NCBI RefSeq assembly: GCF_050947935.1
Contig: NZ_CP192010.1
Coordinates: forward strand, 3,180,935 to 3,244,934
Reading direction: 5' to 3'
Length of the DNA stretch: 64,000 bases
Origin: Dactylosporangium sp. CA-052675
GTDB taxonomy: Bacteria; Actinomycetota; Actinomycetes; Mycobacteriales; Micromonosporaceae
Both the position numbers and the translations under genes were made by a program. Below are positions 39,682 to 49,269 of this stretch, one piece after another. Each line of letters begins with the position of its first letter. Positions within the stretch are counted from its first letter, which is position 1. The notes under the pieces are model-generated. The model saw nothing but the letters and a program-made list of their open reading frames with translations. It ran no database searches and was not told where the DNA came from.

Positions 39682-41145
39682 ATGAGCCTGCTCAAACGTC
39701 TGCCGCGCGGTCGCACCCTCGGGGTGGCCGGCGCCGTCGGGGCCCTCGTGGCCGGCGGCCTGATCCTGGCGCCGATGGTCAACGCGTCCGCCGCGTCGGG
39801 CTGCCGCGTCGCCTACACCACCAACCAGTGGCCCGGTGGCTTCACCGCGAACATCGCGATCACCAACCTCGGCGACCCGATCAGCGCGTGGACCCTCGGC
39901 TGGACGTTCGGCGACGCCGGGCAGAAGGTCGGCCAGGGGTGGTCGGCGACGTACACGCAGAGTGGTACCGCCGTCACCGCCAAGAGTCTGGACTACAACG
40001 GCAACCTCGGCACCGGCGGCTCGACGAGCATCGGGTTCAACGGGACGTGGACGGGCGCCAACCCGAATCCGGCCACGTTCACGCTCAACGGTGTCGCCTG
40101 CACCGGCACGGTCGGCACGCCGTCGCCGACGACCGCCTCGCCGAGCCCGTCCAGGAGCGTGAGCCCCAGCCCGAGCCGCAGCACCACGCCGCCTCCGCCG
40201 CAGGGGACCACGCCGCTGGCCATCAACGGGCAGTTGCACGTGTGCGGCGTGAATCTGTGCAACCAGTACAACAAGGCCATCCAGCTGCGCGGCATGAGCA
40301 CGCACGGCATCCAGTGGTTCGCGTCGTGCCTCAACAACGCCTCGCTGGACGTGCTCGCCAACGACTGGAAGGCCGATCTGCTGCGCATCGCCATGTACGT
40401 GCAGGAGCAGGGCTACGAGACGAACCCGTCGGGCTTCACCGCGCAGGTGAACAACTACGTGGACATGGCCGAGGCGCGCGGCATGTACGCGATCATCGAC
40501 TTCCACACGCTGACCCCCGGTGACCCGAACTACAACCTGGACCGGGCCAAGACCTTCTTCGCCTCCGTCGCCCAGCGCAACGCGAACAAGAAGAACGTCA
40601 TCTACGAGATCGCCAACGAGCCCAACGGCGTGAGCTGGCAGGGCATCAAGAGCTACGCCGAGACGGTCATCCCGGTCATCCGCGCGGCCGACCCGGACGC
40701 GGTCGTGATCGTGGGCACCCGCGGCTGGTCGTCGCTGGGCGTCTCCGACGGCTCGAACGAGTCCGAGATCGTGAACAACCCGGTGAACGCGACGAACATC
40801 ATGTACACGTTCCACTTCTACGCGGCCTCGCACAAGGACGACTACCGCGCGGTCGTGGCGCGGGCGGCCCGCTCGCTGCCGCTGTTCGTGACCGAGTTCG
40901 GCAGCGTCACCTACACCGGCGGCGGCACGGTCGACCTCGCGAGCACCGGCACCTGGCTGGACCTGCTCGACCAGAACAAGATCAGCTACGCGAACTGGAC
41001 GTACTCGGACGCGAACGAGAGCAGCGCGGCGTTCAAGTCCGGCACGTGCGCGGCGGGCTCGTACGCGAACGCGAACTCGCTGAGCGAGTCCGGCACGTAC
41101 CTGCGCAACCGCATCCGCACCGCGGACAACTTCCCGACGAGCTGA
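39682..41145 (+). CDS. secreted endoglucanase: CBM2 + Pro/Ser/Thr linker + GH5 catalytic domain
   Basis: There is a signal peptide. The CBM2 has conserved W and C residues (CRVAYTTNQWPGGF...NGVAC). GH5 motifs are present: NEP (acid/base) and TEFG (nucleophile). Confidence 0.8.
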   Translation: MSLLKRLPRGRTLGVAGAVGALVAGGLILAPMVNASAASGCRVAYTTNQWPGGFTANIAITNLGDPISAWTLGWTFGDAGQKVGQGWSATYTQSGTAVTAKSLDYNGNLGTGGSTSIGFNGTWTGANPNPATFTLNGVACTGTVGTPSPTTASPSPSRSVSPSPSRSTTPPPPQGTTPLAINGQLHVCGVNLCNQYNKAIQLRGMSTHGIQWFASCLNNASLDVLANDWKADLLRIAMYVQEQGYETNPSGFTAQVNNYVDMAEARGMYAIIDFHTLTPGDPNYNLDRAKTFFASVAQRNANKKNVIYEIANEPNGVSWQGIKSYAETVIPVIRAADPDAVVIVGTRGWSSLGVSDGSNESEIVNNPVNATNIMYTFHFYAASHKDDYRAVVARAARSLPLFVTEFGSVTYTGGGTVDLASTGTWLDLLDQNKISYANWTYSDANESSAAFKSGTCAAGSYANANSLSESGTYLRNRIRTADNFPTS

Positions 41146-41149
41146 ACCG

Positions 41150-41690
41150 GGCGAACACGCACGACCCCGGGCGAGCCCGCGCCCGCCCGGGGTGCAACCG
41201 CCCACGACCCGGGGCGAGCCCGTGCCTGCCCGGGGCGAGCCCGTGCCTGCCCGGGGCGAGCCCGTGCCTGCCCGGGGTGAACCGCCCACGGCCCGGGGCG
41301 TGCCCGCGCGCGACCTCGGGTGAACCGCCCGCGATCCCGGCCGAGCCCGCGCGACCTCGGGTGAATCATGCACGACCCCGGACGAGCCACGCATGCCCTC
41401 TGGCGAGCCGCGCCCGACCGGGTTGAGCGAACGAACAGCCGGGCCGGGCGGAGTGTGCAACGCCGCCCGGCCCGGCCGATCGGACGAGCCCTTGCACGCT
41501 GGGTGAGCGAATGCGCATCTGGGCGGCCGGTCCTGAGCCGGGTTGCGGTCGTGCACGGCCTTTGTGCGCGAACGGACAGCCTGGCCGGGCGGAGTGTGCA
41601 ACGCCGCCCGACCCGGCCGATCGAACGAGTCCTTGCACGCGCGGATGAGCGAACGGCGGCCGACCCGAACCGGCGGCCTGGACGCTCAGG
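41150..41690. repeat. degenerate tandem array (~8 units of ~21-36 bp, theme GTGAACCGCCC-N-CCCGGGGCGAGCCCGTGC, with 3 perfect 21-bp copies at 41216-41278). It is followed by two copies of a ~75-bp element carrying a 13-bp-stem hairpin, CCGGGCCGGGCGG-AGTGTGCAAC-GCCGCCCGGCCCGG.
   Basis: Direct reading. The array lies between the convergent cellulase and pnuC genes. Confidence 0.55.
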
Positions 41691-42414
41691 CGGGCTCCAG
41701 CGTCGGTGCCGCCGACCGGCGCTGGGGTCGCTCGCGGCGCGAGATGCGCAGCCAGACGGCGAAGCCCCACAGCACGAACCCCGCGTAGACGGCGTAGAGC
41801 ACGGCCGACGGGTAGTAGCGGAAGTGCAGCAGCTCCGGGACACCCACCAGGTCGACCGCGATCCAGCAGAGCCAGAAGTCCACGAATCCGCGCGCCATCG
41901 CGTACGTTGCGGCGATCGAGCCGACGAAGATCCAGGAGTCGGCGAGATAGTACCACCATGGCACGGGGAAGCCCGCGCCGACGGCCCGGAACACGTAGAA
42001 GCACGCGACCACGGCGACCGCCGACCCGGCCAGGAGCGCGAGCCGTTCGCCGCCCGATGCCCATCGCGGGTGTACCGCCGGGCCGCCGCCCGAGGACCGG
42101 TTCCGTTTCCAGCGCCACCAGCCGTACACGCTGGTGAGCACGAAGAACACCTGGCGCGAGGCCTGGCCGTACAGCGGCGTGGTCGCCCCCTCCGCGCCGG
42201 CCGCCTGCCCGACGAAGACGGTGAACAGCAGCAGGTTGCCCACGATCCCCACGGGCCAGGCCCACACGCTGCGGCGCAGCCCGAAGAGCGCCGACGCGAG
42301 CCCGAACGCGTTGCCCACGATCTCGCGGTAGCTGATCGACTGCCCGGTGGCGACCTGCCAGTGGGCGTCGTAGAAGCGATCGATCAAGTCGGCGAACCAG
42401 TGCACCAGCCGCAC
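41686..42414 (-). CDS. pnuC: nicotinamide riboside transporter PnuC
   Basis: GTG at 42414. The protein has about 7 TM helices and W-rich PnuC-type motifs (WWRW, VPWWYY). Confidence 0.65.
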   Translation of the reverse strand: MRLVHWFADLIDRFYDAHWQVATGQSISYREIVGNAFGLASALFGLRRSVWAWPVGIVGNLLLFTVFVGQAAGAEGATTPLYGQASRQVFFVLTSVYGWWRWKRNRSSGGGPAVHPRWASGGERLALLAGSAVAVVACFYVFRAVGAGFPVPWWYYLADSWIFVGSIAATYAMARGFVDFWLCWIAVDLVGVPELLHFRYYPSAVLYAVYAGFVLWGFAVWLRISRRERPQRRSAAPTLEPA

Positions 42415-42488
42415 GGTACAACTGCTGCGTTTTGCTCGTCGACCCCCGTGGTCAGTAACTTTTGCCCTATTTGTGCGTTTTATGCGGT

Positions 42489-44159
42489 GTGTGGTCCCTG
42501 CGCCTCGCCGCCGCGCTCGTCCTGCCCGCTCTCGCCACGCCGCTCGCCACGCCGGTTTTCGCCGCCGGACGCCCAGATACGATCACCCGATTCGCCGGTA
42601 CCGCCGGCCTCGCGCAACTGGCCGCAGACGCCCAAGGCGGCCTGGTCGCGGCGGATCCGAGCGGCGATCGAGTGGTGCGCATCGCGCCCGACGGTGCCGT
42701 GACGGAAGTGGCCGGCGGCCCGGAGCCGGCCCTCGACGCGCCCGAGGGCGTCGCGGTCGGGGCCGACGGCGCGGTGTACGTCAGCGACGCCCGTCACCGT
42801 GTCACGATGATCACGCCCGATGGACGAACGCGCACCGTGGCCGGCAGCGGTGTGGCCGGCGCCCCGGTGCCCGGCCCGGCGCTGTCCTCCCCGCTGAGTG
42901 CCCCGGCCGGCCTAGCCGTGGACCGCGCGGGCAACCTGTTCATCGCCGACGACCACGCGGTGCTGCGCGTTTCGCCCTCCGGCACGCTGTCCATCGCCGC
43001 CGACGCGACAGACTCGCGCACCGTCGCCGTCGACTCGCTCGGCAACCTGTACGTCTCCAGTCCCAACTGCGGCGTCGAGCGCATCGCAGCGGACGGCGTG
43101 CGGGTTGCGTACGCGGGGACGGGCTGCGGCCACCCGACACCCGGCCCGGCGCGCGAGTCGCGACTGGACGCGTTCGAGCACGTGAGCGTGGACGCTCGCG
43201 ACAATTTGGTGCTGGCCACGGACGGCGGGGCCGCGATCGTCGCGCCGGACGGCACGCTGAGCCTGCGCGGCGAGGGTGCGGGCGCTGTGCTCGGCAAGGA
43301 TGCTGACGGTGTGCGCGACGTCCGCGGCGAGGATGCCGGCGGTGCGCGCGGCGACGGCGTTGAAGGTGTGCGGGACGTGCGTGGCGAGGGTGCCGGCGGT
43401 GCGCGCGGCGAGGGAGTTGACGGTGTGCGCGAGGTGCGCGGTGAGGGCGTTGACGGTGTGCGCGAGGTGCGCGGTGAGGGCGTTGACGGTGTGCGCGACG
43501 TGCGCGGCGAGGGCGTTGATGGTGCGCGCGAGGTGCGCGGCGAGGGCGTTGACGGTGTGCGCGACGTGCGCGGTCAGGGTGTGCGCGGCGACGGCGTTGA
43601 CGGTGTGCGGGACTTGCGCGGTGAGGGTGCCGACGGTGCCCGCAGCGAGGATGCGCGCCGGCGGTCCGCAGTCGCGAGCTCGACCGGGGCGCTCTTCGTC
43701 GGCGATGTCGACGGCGTTGCCCGGATCGGCCCGGCCACACCGAGCCCGCCGCGGGATCTGCGCATCACGCCGCGCGATCGCTCACTCGAACTGTCGTTTC
43801 GCGCACCGCTGGACCCGGGGGCCGATCCGGTCACCGGTTACCAGGTCAGTCTCGACGGCGCCCAGACATGGCGGCCTCTCGAGACGGAGCCCGACGGGAA
43901 TCGGCTGACGGGTTCGGTCGCGGGGCTGGACAACGGTGTGCAGTATGCGGTGCTCGTATCTGCACGAAACGCCGCTGGGGTGTCGCCGGGCAGCGTCATT
44001 CTGCCGGCCGTGCCGGGCGCGGCGTTTCTGGCGGTGACCGGTACGGATGTGGCGGTGCTCGCGTGGGCCGGGGTGTTCGCGGTGTTGGTCGGCGTTGGGC
44101 TGGTGGTGGCCGGAGCGGTCGAGCCGGACTGCCTACCGCCCCGGACGCGGCGTTGCTGA
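42489..44159 (+). CDS. cell-wall-anchored surface protein: signal peptide, NHL-type beta-propeller repeats, internal degenerate tandem repeat, FN3 domain, C-terminal LAXTG sortase signal
   Basis: GTG at 42489 (TTG 42462 is an alternative). The C-terminus is LAVTG followed by a hydrophobic helix and RTRRC. Confidence 0.6.
   Translation: MWSLRLAAALVLPALATPLATPVFAAGRPDTITRFAGTAGLAQLAADAQGGLVAADPSGDRVVRIAPDGAVTEVAGGPEPALDAPEGVAVGADGAVYVSDARHRVTMITPDGRTRTVAGSGVAGAPVPGPALSSPLSAPAGLAVDRAGNLFIADDHAVLRVSPSGTLSIAADATDSRTVAVDSLGNLYVSSPNCGVERIAADGVRVAYAGTGCGHPTPGPARESRLDAFEHVSVDARDNLVLATDGGAAIVAPDGTLSLRGEGAGAVLGKDADGVRDVRGEDAGGARGDGVEGVRDVRGEGAGGARGEGVDGVREVRGEGVDGVREVRGEGVDGVRDVRGEGVDGAREVRGEGVDGVRDVRGQGVRGDGVDGVRDLRGEGADGARSEDARRRSAVASSTGALFVGDVDGVARIGPATPSPPRDLRITPRDRSLELSFRAPLDPGADPVTGYQVSLDGAQTWRPLETEPDGNRLTGSVAGLDNGVQYAVLVSARNAAGVSPGSVILPAVPGAAFLAVTGTDVAVLAWAGVFAVLVGVGLVVAGAVEPDCLPPRTRRC
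43290..43640. repeat. intragenic ~30-bp (10-aa: GEGVDGVR(D/E)VR) tandem repeats, about 11 copies
   Basis: Nearly identical units are seen at 43410-43560. Confidence 0.6.
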
Positions 44160-44720
44160 CTGCCGGACCGGAGACGGCGTTGCTGACGGCTGACCGGAGG
44201 CGGCGTTGCTGACGGCTGACCCGGGCGCGGTGTTGCTGACGGCCGGCCCGGACGCGGCGTTGCTGACGGTGAGGGCGGGCTCGTTCGGAACACAGCGCGC
44301 CCTACACCGCGGCGCCGGCCGAGTCCGGCTCGGAATTTGGGTGACCGACATGCCGCTGGTGGAACGGGATGGAACGCGGATGTAGGGGAGTCCGGTCAGC
44401 CCCCTGACCCGGCACGGCGGCCCGCGTGCATGTCTACCGCCTCGATGTCCGGGCGGGACCGGACCCGCCGGTGGCCCGTCCGGGATCGGTCGGTCCAGGG
44501 CCACCGGCTGGGCGACCACCGCCGTGCTCGTGGGCGACCGGCGCCGTTTCCGCCGGTCACCGACGCCGGATTCCCGCACTGTCCGTTGCCCGAATCAGGG
44601 CGGCAATGGTAGCGCCGGCGACGTTTCGGACGGTCGCCGACGGCGAATCCCCGCACTGTCCGTTGCCCGAATCAGGGCGGCAACGGTAGCGCCGGCGACG
44701 CATCGGCCGGTCACCGACGC
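44150..44720. repeat. two tandem-repeat blocks upstream of the EAL gene. About 5 copies of a ~27-bp unit (GGCGTTGCTGACGGCTGACC...) start at the surface-protein stop. About 2.3 copies of a ~62-bp unit (ATTCCCGCACTGTCCGTTGCCCGAATCAGGGCGGCAATGGTAGCGCCGGCGACG...) follow.
   Basis: Direct reading. Confidence 0.55.
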
Positions 44721-44878
44721 CGGTCGGGGCCGGGCCGCCTTCCTGCCCGTGGGCTGTCCCACCCCGCGCGGAGGCCGAAGTCGGCCCCGGCGGAACCGGC
44801 GGTCGCCGGCGCACGACCGCAGCGACCGATTTGCCGGTTTTAGTCGCATTAGTGGCGACCGGGGCCGACAATCGACGG

Positions 44879-46159
44879 GTGGAGCAACTGGATAGTGGTG
44901 GCGGTACGACCGCGCATGTCGGGCGGCAGCCGATCTACGACCGGGAAGGGGCCGTTGTCGCCTACGAGCTGTTGTTTCGGGCCGGCACCGATGCTTTGAG
45001 CGCTGCGCGCACGGACGATCACGCGACCGCGCGTGTTCTTGTCGCGGCGTTCACCGAGTTCGGTCTCGAAGAGCTTACCGGCGGCAAGGTGTGCTTCCTC
45101 AACGTCACCAAGTCGTTCCTGACCGGGATGCTGCCGCTGCCGTTCGACTACAGCCAGGCCGTGCTCGAAGTGCTCGCCAGCGTCGAGGTCGACGAACAGC
45201 TCGTGGCCGGGCTGACGGTGTTGTCCGAACGTGGTTTTACGCTCGCGATCGATCACTTCGTGTGCGGCGGGCCCCGCGAGGTACTGCTGCCGCTGGTCAG
45301 CTACGTGAAGGTCGACATGCTCGCGGCCGACGAGGCCGGGGTGCGCGCGTGTGTGGAGCTCTGCCGGCGGTACCCCCACCTGCAGCTCGTCGCGGTGCGC
45401 CTCGAAAGCACGGAGTCGCTGCGGCTCGCCTTCGAGCTCGGGTTCGACCTGTTCCAGGGGCACATTCTCGGCCGGCCGCATGTCGACACGACCTCGGCGC
45501 TCGCGCCGGGCAGGCTCGCGCGGCTGCGGCTGCTCGCCGCGCTCACGGCGGACGACGTGGACCTCGACGAGGTCGTGGCGCTCGTCGGCCAGGATGCCGG
45601 GTTGAGCATGCGCGTGTTGCGCGCGACGAACGCGGCCACGTTCGGACTGAAACGGACGGTCACATCGGTGCGCGAGGCGATCGTCGCGATGGGCCTGAAC
45701 CGGCTGCGTCAATGGGTCACGCTGATGCTCGTCTCCGACCTCACCACCGCCGACCACGAACAACTCGCGCGCATCCTGGTCCGGGCACGGCTGTGCCAGC
45801 TGCTCGTGGACTCGCCCGAGTTCGCGGGCGCCGCGGGGCAGGGCGATGCGGCGTACCTGGGCGGTTTGCTCTCGGCCGTCGCCGACCACTTCGCGGTCCC
45901 GGTCGACGAGATCGTCGCCGGCCTGCCGCTGGGCCCGGAACTGGGCGGGGCGCTGCGCGCGGGGGACGGCCCGCTGGGCGCGATCCTGCACGCGGCGCGC
46001 GCCTACACCGACCCGGACCCGGACAACGACCACGGCGAGCCGGGCGCGATCGTCGCCGCATACCTCTCCGCCCTGCGCTGGACCAACGGCGTCCTCGGGG
46101 AGCTGAGCCAGGAGATCCCCGACCGCGCCGAGGAGCGCCTGCACGCCCTCGCCGGCTGA
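44879..46159 (+). CDS. EAL-domain (c-di-GMP phosphodiesterase-type) + HDOD-domain protein
   Basis: An RQPIYD start motif is present. EAL-domain acidic residues appear in the DHFVCG and KVDM contexts. The C-terminal HDOD helical domain is present. Confidence 0.65.
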   Translation: MEQLDSGGGTTAHVGRQPIYDREGAVVAYELLFRAGTDALSAARTDDHATARVLVAAFTEFGLEELTGGKVCFLNVTKSFLTGMLPLPFDYSQAVLEVLASVEVDEQLVAGLTVLSERGFTLAIDHFVCGGPREVLLPLVSYVKVDMLAADEAGVRACVELCRRYPHLQLVAVRLESTESLRLAFELGFDLFQGHILGRPHVDTTSALAPGRLARLRLLAALTADDVDLDEVVALVGQDAGLSMRVLRATNAATFGLKRTVTSVREAIVAMGLNRLRQWVTLMLVSDLTTADHEQLARILVRARLCQLLVDSPEFAGAAGQGDAAYLGGLLSAVADHFAVPVDEIVAGLPLGPELGGALRAGDGPLGAILHAARAYTDPDPDNDHGEPGAIVAAYLSALRWTNGVLGELSQEIPDRAEERLHALAG

Positions 46160-46175
46160 GCCGTCACCCGATTCC

Positions 46176-46255
46176 GCACCGCCGCGCCGCCGCGCCGCCG
46201 CACCGCCGCGCCGCCGCGCCGCCGCGCCGCCGCGCCGCCGCGCCGCCGCACCGGC
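46176..46255. repeat. (CCGCCGCG/CA)n simple-sequence repeat, about 9 units
   Basis: Direct reading. Confidence 0.5.
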
Positions 46256-46360
46256 CGATGCCGATGCCGATGCGTACGGCAGGTCGGGACGACGAAGGCG
46301 GCCGCACCGGGAGGTTCCTGCCGGCCGGGCGAAGATCTGCCCCGGGTGGAAGACGAAGGC

Positions 46361-46389
46361 GGGCGCACCGGGAGGTTCCCGGTGCGCCC
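46361..46389. terminator. perfect 13-bp-stem hairpin GGGCGCACCGGGA-GGT-TCCCGGTGCGCCC between the convergent EAL gene and the lectin gene (putative bidirectional terminator)
   Basis: Perfect complementarity with T-containing flanks. Confidence 0.45.
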
Positions 46390-46420
46390 GATCTGCGTTG
46401 TGGTGTTCAGACCGCTACGG

Positions 46421-48520
46421 TCACAGGCCGACCCGGTTGCTGGCCGAGATCGACACACGGGACCACCATGCGAAGTTGTTCGTGTTCACGGTGGTCTGGA
46501 CCCGGTGCCAGATCTGGCCGTCGCCACCGACGGCAAAGACCTCGATCAGCCCGTCCTCGCGCTTGAAGAGCGTGGGGTTGCTGTAGATGAGGCCGCTCAG
46601 GTTCTCCCATGCGGTCCACGAGCCCGGGTCGGACGTCGAGGACTGCTTGATCGACCACAGGTTGTCGTCCTGGCCGCGGCCCATGATGACGACCGTGCCG
46701 TCGTCATTCTGGGTCAGTGCCAGCGCGTGCAGGTACTTCGGCGAGCCCACCGGGACCCACCAGGCGAACGAGCCGTCGCTGTTCTGCAGGCGGTACCAGA
46801 TCGAGTGGTCGCCGCCGACGACGAACACCTGCAGCCGGCCGTTGTTGTTCAGCACGGCGACCGGCTCGCTGTAGATGAGTCCGCCCAGGTTCGTCCAGGC
46901 GCCCCAGGTGCCGTCGACGGCCTGGACACTGGTGTATAGGTTGTTGTTCGCCCCGCGCGCGAACATCTGCGGGCGGCCGTCGCTGTTGCGCACGATCGGA
47001 CCCGACATCTTGATCGTCGCGCCCGGCGCCACGTAGAGGTCGAGGCGCAGGTTCCGGGCGGTGCCGTCCGGGTCGACACCCGCCGCGACCAGCGCGTGGT
47101 TCGTCGCGGCGAGGTCGCTCGGGATGGCGACCGACTGGGTGAAGTCACCGCTGGCATCGGTGATGACGCTGCCCACCTGGACCGGGGTCGAGTACATCGT
47201 GAGGATCACCGTGGAGTACGGCGCGTAGCCGGACCCCTTGATGGTGATCTGCTGTCCCGGCTCGGCGGCGTTGATCGGTCCGGCGTCGGTGGTGAGCGGC
47301 GCGTCCGCCGTCGGTGCCGCCGGCGGTGTCGCCGGTGCCGTCGGCGTGACGGAGTTGGACGCCGCGCTCGGCGCCGAGTTGCCGACGGCCGACTGGGCCA
47401 CCACCGTGACGGTGTAGGACTCGCCCGCGTTCGCGCCGAGGACGCAACTGGTGTCGGTCTTGGCCTTTGTGGAGCAGGTGGCCGGGCCCGGGTTCGCCGT
47501 CACCGTGTACCCGGTGACCGGCGAGCCGTTCTCGGTCGGTGCCGTCCACGTCACCTGGATCGAAGACACGCCCGCCGTGACGGTCGGTGCTGCCGGTGCG
47601 TCCGGCGCGCTCCCCGGCGCGGGGGTCACGGTCAGCGTCGCCGCGCTGGTGGTCACGCTACCGATCGAGTTCTGGAACACCGCACGGTACTGCGCGCCGT
47701 TCTGCTGTTCATTCGCGGTGAACGTCAGCGTCGGGCTCGTCTGGCCGCTCATGTCGGTCCAGCTGCCGTTCAGGAGCTTCTCCTGCCACGTGACCGTCGG
47801 GGTCGGGTGGCCCGAGGCCGCCGCCGTGAACGTGGCCGTGCCGCCGGCGTTGCGCGACTGCGCGAGCGGCTGCGTCGTCACCACCGGCGCCGCCGTGTAG
47901 GCGAACATGTTGTCGTTGTTGGACGTGCCACCCGGCGCGGTGACCACGATCGCGGCGTCGCCGGCGGCGTGCGCCGGGGTGGTGACCTTGAGGCTGGTGG
48001 CGCTGATCGGCGTCAGGCCGGTGCCGACCGTGCCGCCGAAGGTGACCTTGGTGGCGCCGGTCAGGCCGGTGCCGGTGATGGTCACCTCGGTACCTCCGGC
48101 CGCCGGGCCGGTCGCCGGTGCCACGCCCGCCACCGTCGGCGCGGCCACGTAGGTGTACGCCACCGAGCCGTCAGACGTGCCGTCGGGCGTGGTCACCTCG
48201 ATCGCGGCGTCGCCGGCGGCGTGCGCCGGGGTGGTCACCTTGAGGCTGGTGGCGGTGACCGCCGTCAGGCCGGTCCCGGGCGTGCCGTCGAAGGTGACCG
48301 CGGTGGTGCCGGTCAGGTCGGTGCCGGTGATGGTCACCTCGGTACCGCCGGCCAGCGGTCCGGCCGCCGGTGAGACATCGGTTACCGCCGGTGCCGGTGC
48401 TGCGTGCGCGGGTGCGGCCACCGCGACAGTCGCCGCGGTAAGGGCGAGGGCCAGCGCGGTGCCGGCCCAGGTTCGTCCGCGGGCTACCGGTCTCCTCCGG
48501 ATGTTCGTCGTTGCGAACAC
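46421..48520 (-). CDS. secreted protein: 2x IPT/TIG, Ig-like, FN3, and a C-terminal tectonin/PLL-like W-rich beta-propeller lectin repeat
   Basis: GTG at 48520 with GGGGGA. There is a signal peptide. Two near-identical TIG units are present (VTITGT.LTG...). The C-terminus carries repeated G..W.AW.NLGG/IWYR blades. Confidence 0.6.
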   Translation of the reverse strand: MFATTNIRRRPVARGRTWAGTALALALTAATVAVAAPAHAAPAPAVTDVSPAAGPLAGGTEVTITGTDLTGTTAVTFDGTPGTGLTAVTATSLKVTTPAHAAGDAAIEVTTPDGTSDGSVAYTYVAAPTVAGVAPATGPAAGGTEVTITGTGLTGATKVTFGGTVGTGLTPISATSLKVTTPAHAAGDAAIVVTAPGGTSNNDNMFAYTAAPVVTTQPLAQSRNAGGTATFTAAASGHPTPTVTWQEKLLNGSWTDMSGQTSPTLTFTANEQQNGAQYRAVFQNSIGSVTTSAATLTVTPAPGSAPDAPAAPTVTAGVSSIQVTWTAPTENGSPVTGYTVTANPGPATCSTKAKTDTSCVLGANAGESYTVTVVAQSAVGNSAPSAASNSVTPTAPATPPAAPTADAPLTTDAGPINAAEPGQQITIKGSGYAPYSTVILTMYSTPVQVGSVITDASGDFTQSVAIPSDLAATNHALVAAGVDPDGTARNLRLDLYVAPGATIKMSGPIVRNSDGRPQMFARGANNNLYTSVQAVDGTWGAWTNLGGLIYSEPVAVLNNNGRLQVFVVGGDHSIWYRLQNSDGSFAWWVPVGSPKYLHALALTQNDDGTVVIMGRGQDDNLWSIKQSSTSDPGSWTAWENLSGLIYSNPTLFKREDGLIEVFAVGGDGQIWHRVQTTVNTNNFAWWSRVSISASNRVGL

Positions 48521-48765
48521 TTTCCCCCCGTACAGGTGTTGGAGCGGCGCCTGGTGTCGCTCGTTCTCCCCGAACGTAGATCAACAATGGATGCCTGTTG
48601 CGATACTCCGCCGGATCGCACCCGAAGCACTGGTCTCCCACGCGTCGGCGATGCACAAGCTGCTCCCTTCGTACGGTGGGCCCGCGTCGCAACGCGCGTA
48701 CCGAGAGGCGTCGATGGGCCCGGGCCGGCCGGGCAACGCCGCCATGACACCCCGATCCGATCGGT

Positions 48766-49035
48766 TCACAGGATTTCGGAGCTGCCGGCGGGCGGGCCGT
48801 CGTGCGCAAGCGCGGCAGGTAGGTCGCCGGTGAGGTAGCGCTGCACGGTCGGGCCGATCGCGGCGATCAGCTGCGCCGGTGGTGCGGAGGCGACCGGTTC
48901 CACTTTGACGATGTAGCGGACCATGACCAGGCCGACGATTTGGGTGACGACCAGCGAGGTCCGCATGGGTGCCTCGGACTCGTCGAGATCAGCCCGCCCA
49001 TGTTCGGGATTCGCAGTCCTCCACACGAGCGCCAT
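48766..49035 (-). pseudogene. remnant resembling the C-terminal half of a TetR-family regulator (the HTH part is absent)
   Basis: An 89-aa ORF with a TetR_C-like helix pattern. No room exists upstream for the HTH before cheW. Confidence 0.25.
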
Positions 49036-49269
49036 AGGGCGGCGCCGTCGTCCGCGGATGCGGCACCGCGATCGCGGCCACCGCCAGCACGGCGAGGCCG
49101 GCAGGACCCGCCACCGGCGATGCCGACCCGAATCCGGGCGAGACCCGCGGGCGGACCAGGACCAGCAGCGCCGCCGGGACGCTTCGCGGTGCCGGAAACG
49201 CTACAGACCGGCCCCGGCGCGCCGATCAGCCGGAAGGACGAGATCCTTTCGCACAGAACGGGCAGGCCG

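Noticed and set aside
41216-41278. Three perfect 21-bp direct repeats, which looked CRISPR-like at first glance
   Set aside because: Units abut each other without unique spacers and degrade into a degenerate array. No cas genes are present. I interpret this as tandem-repeat decay.
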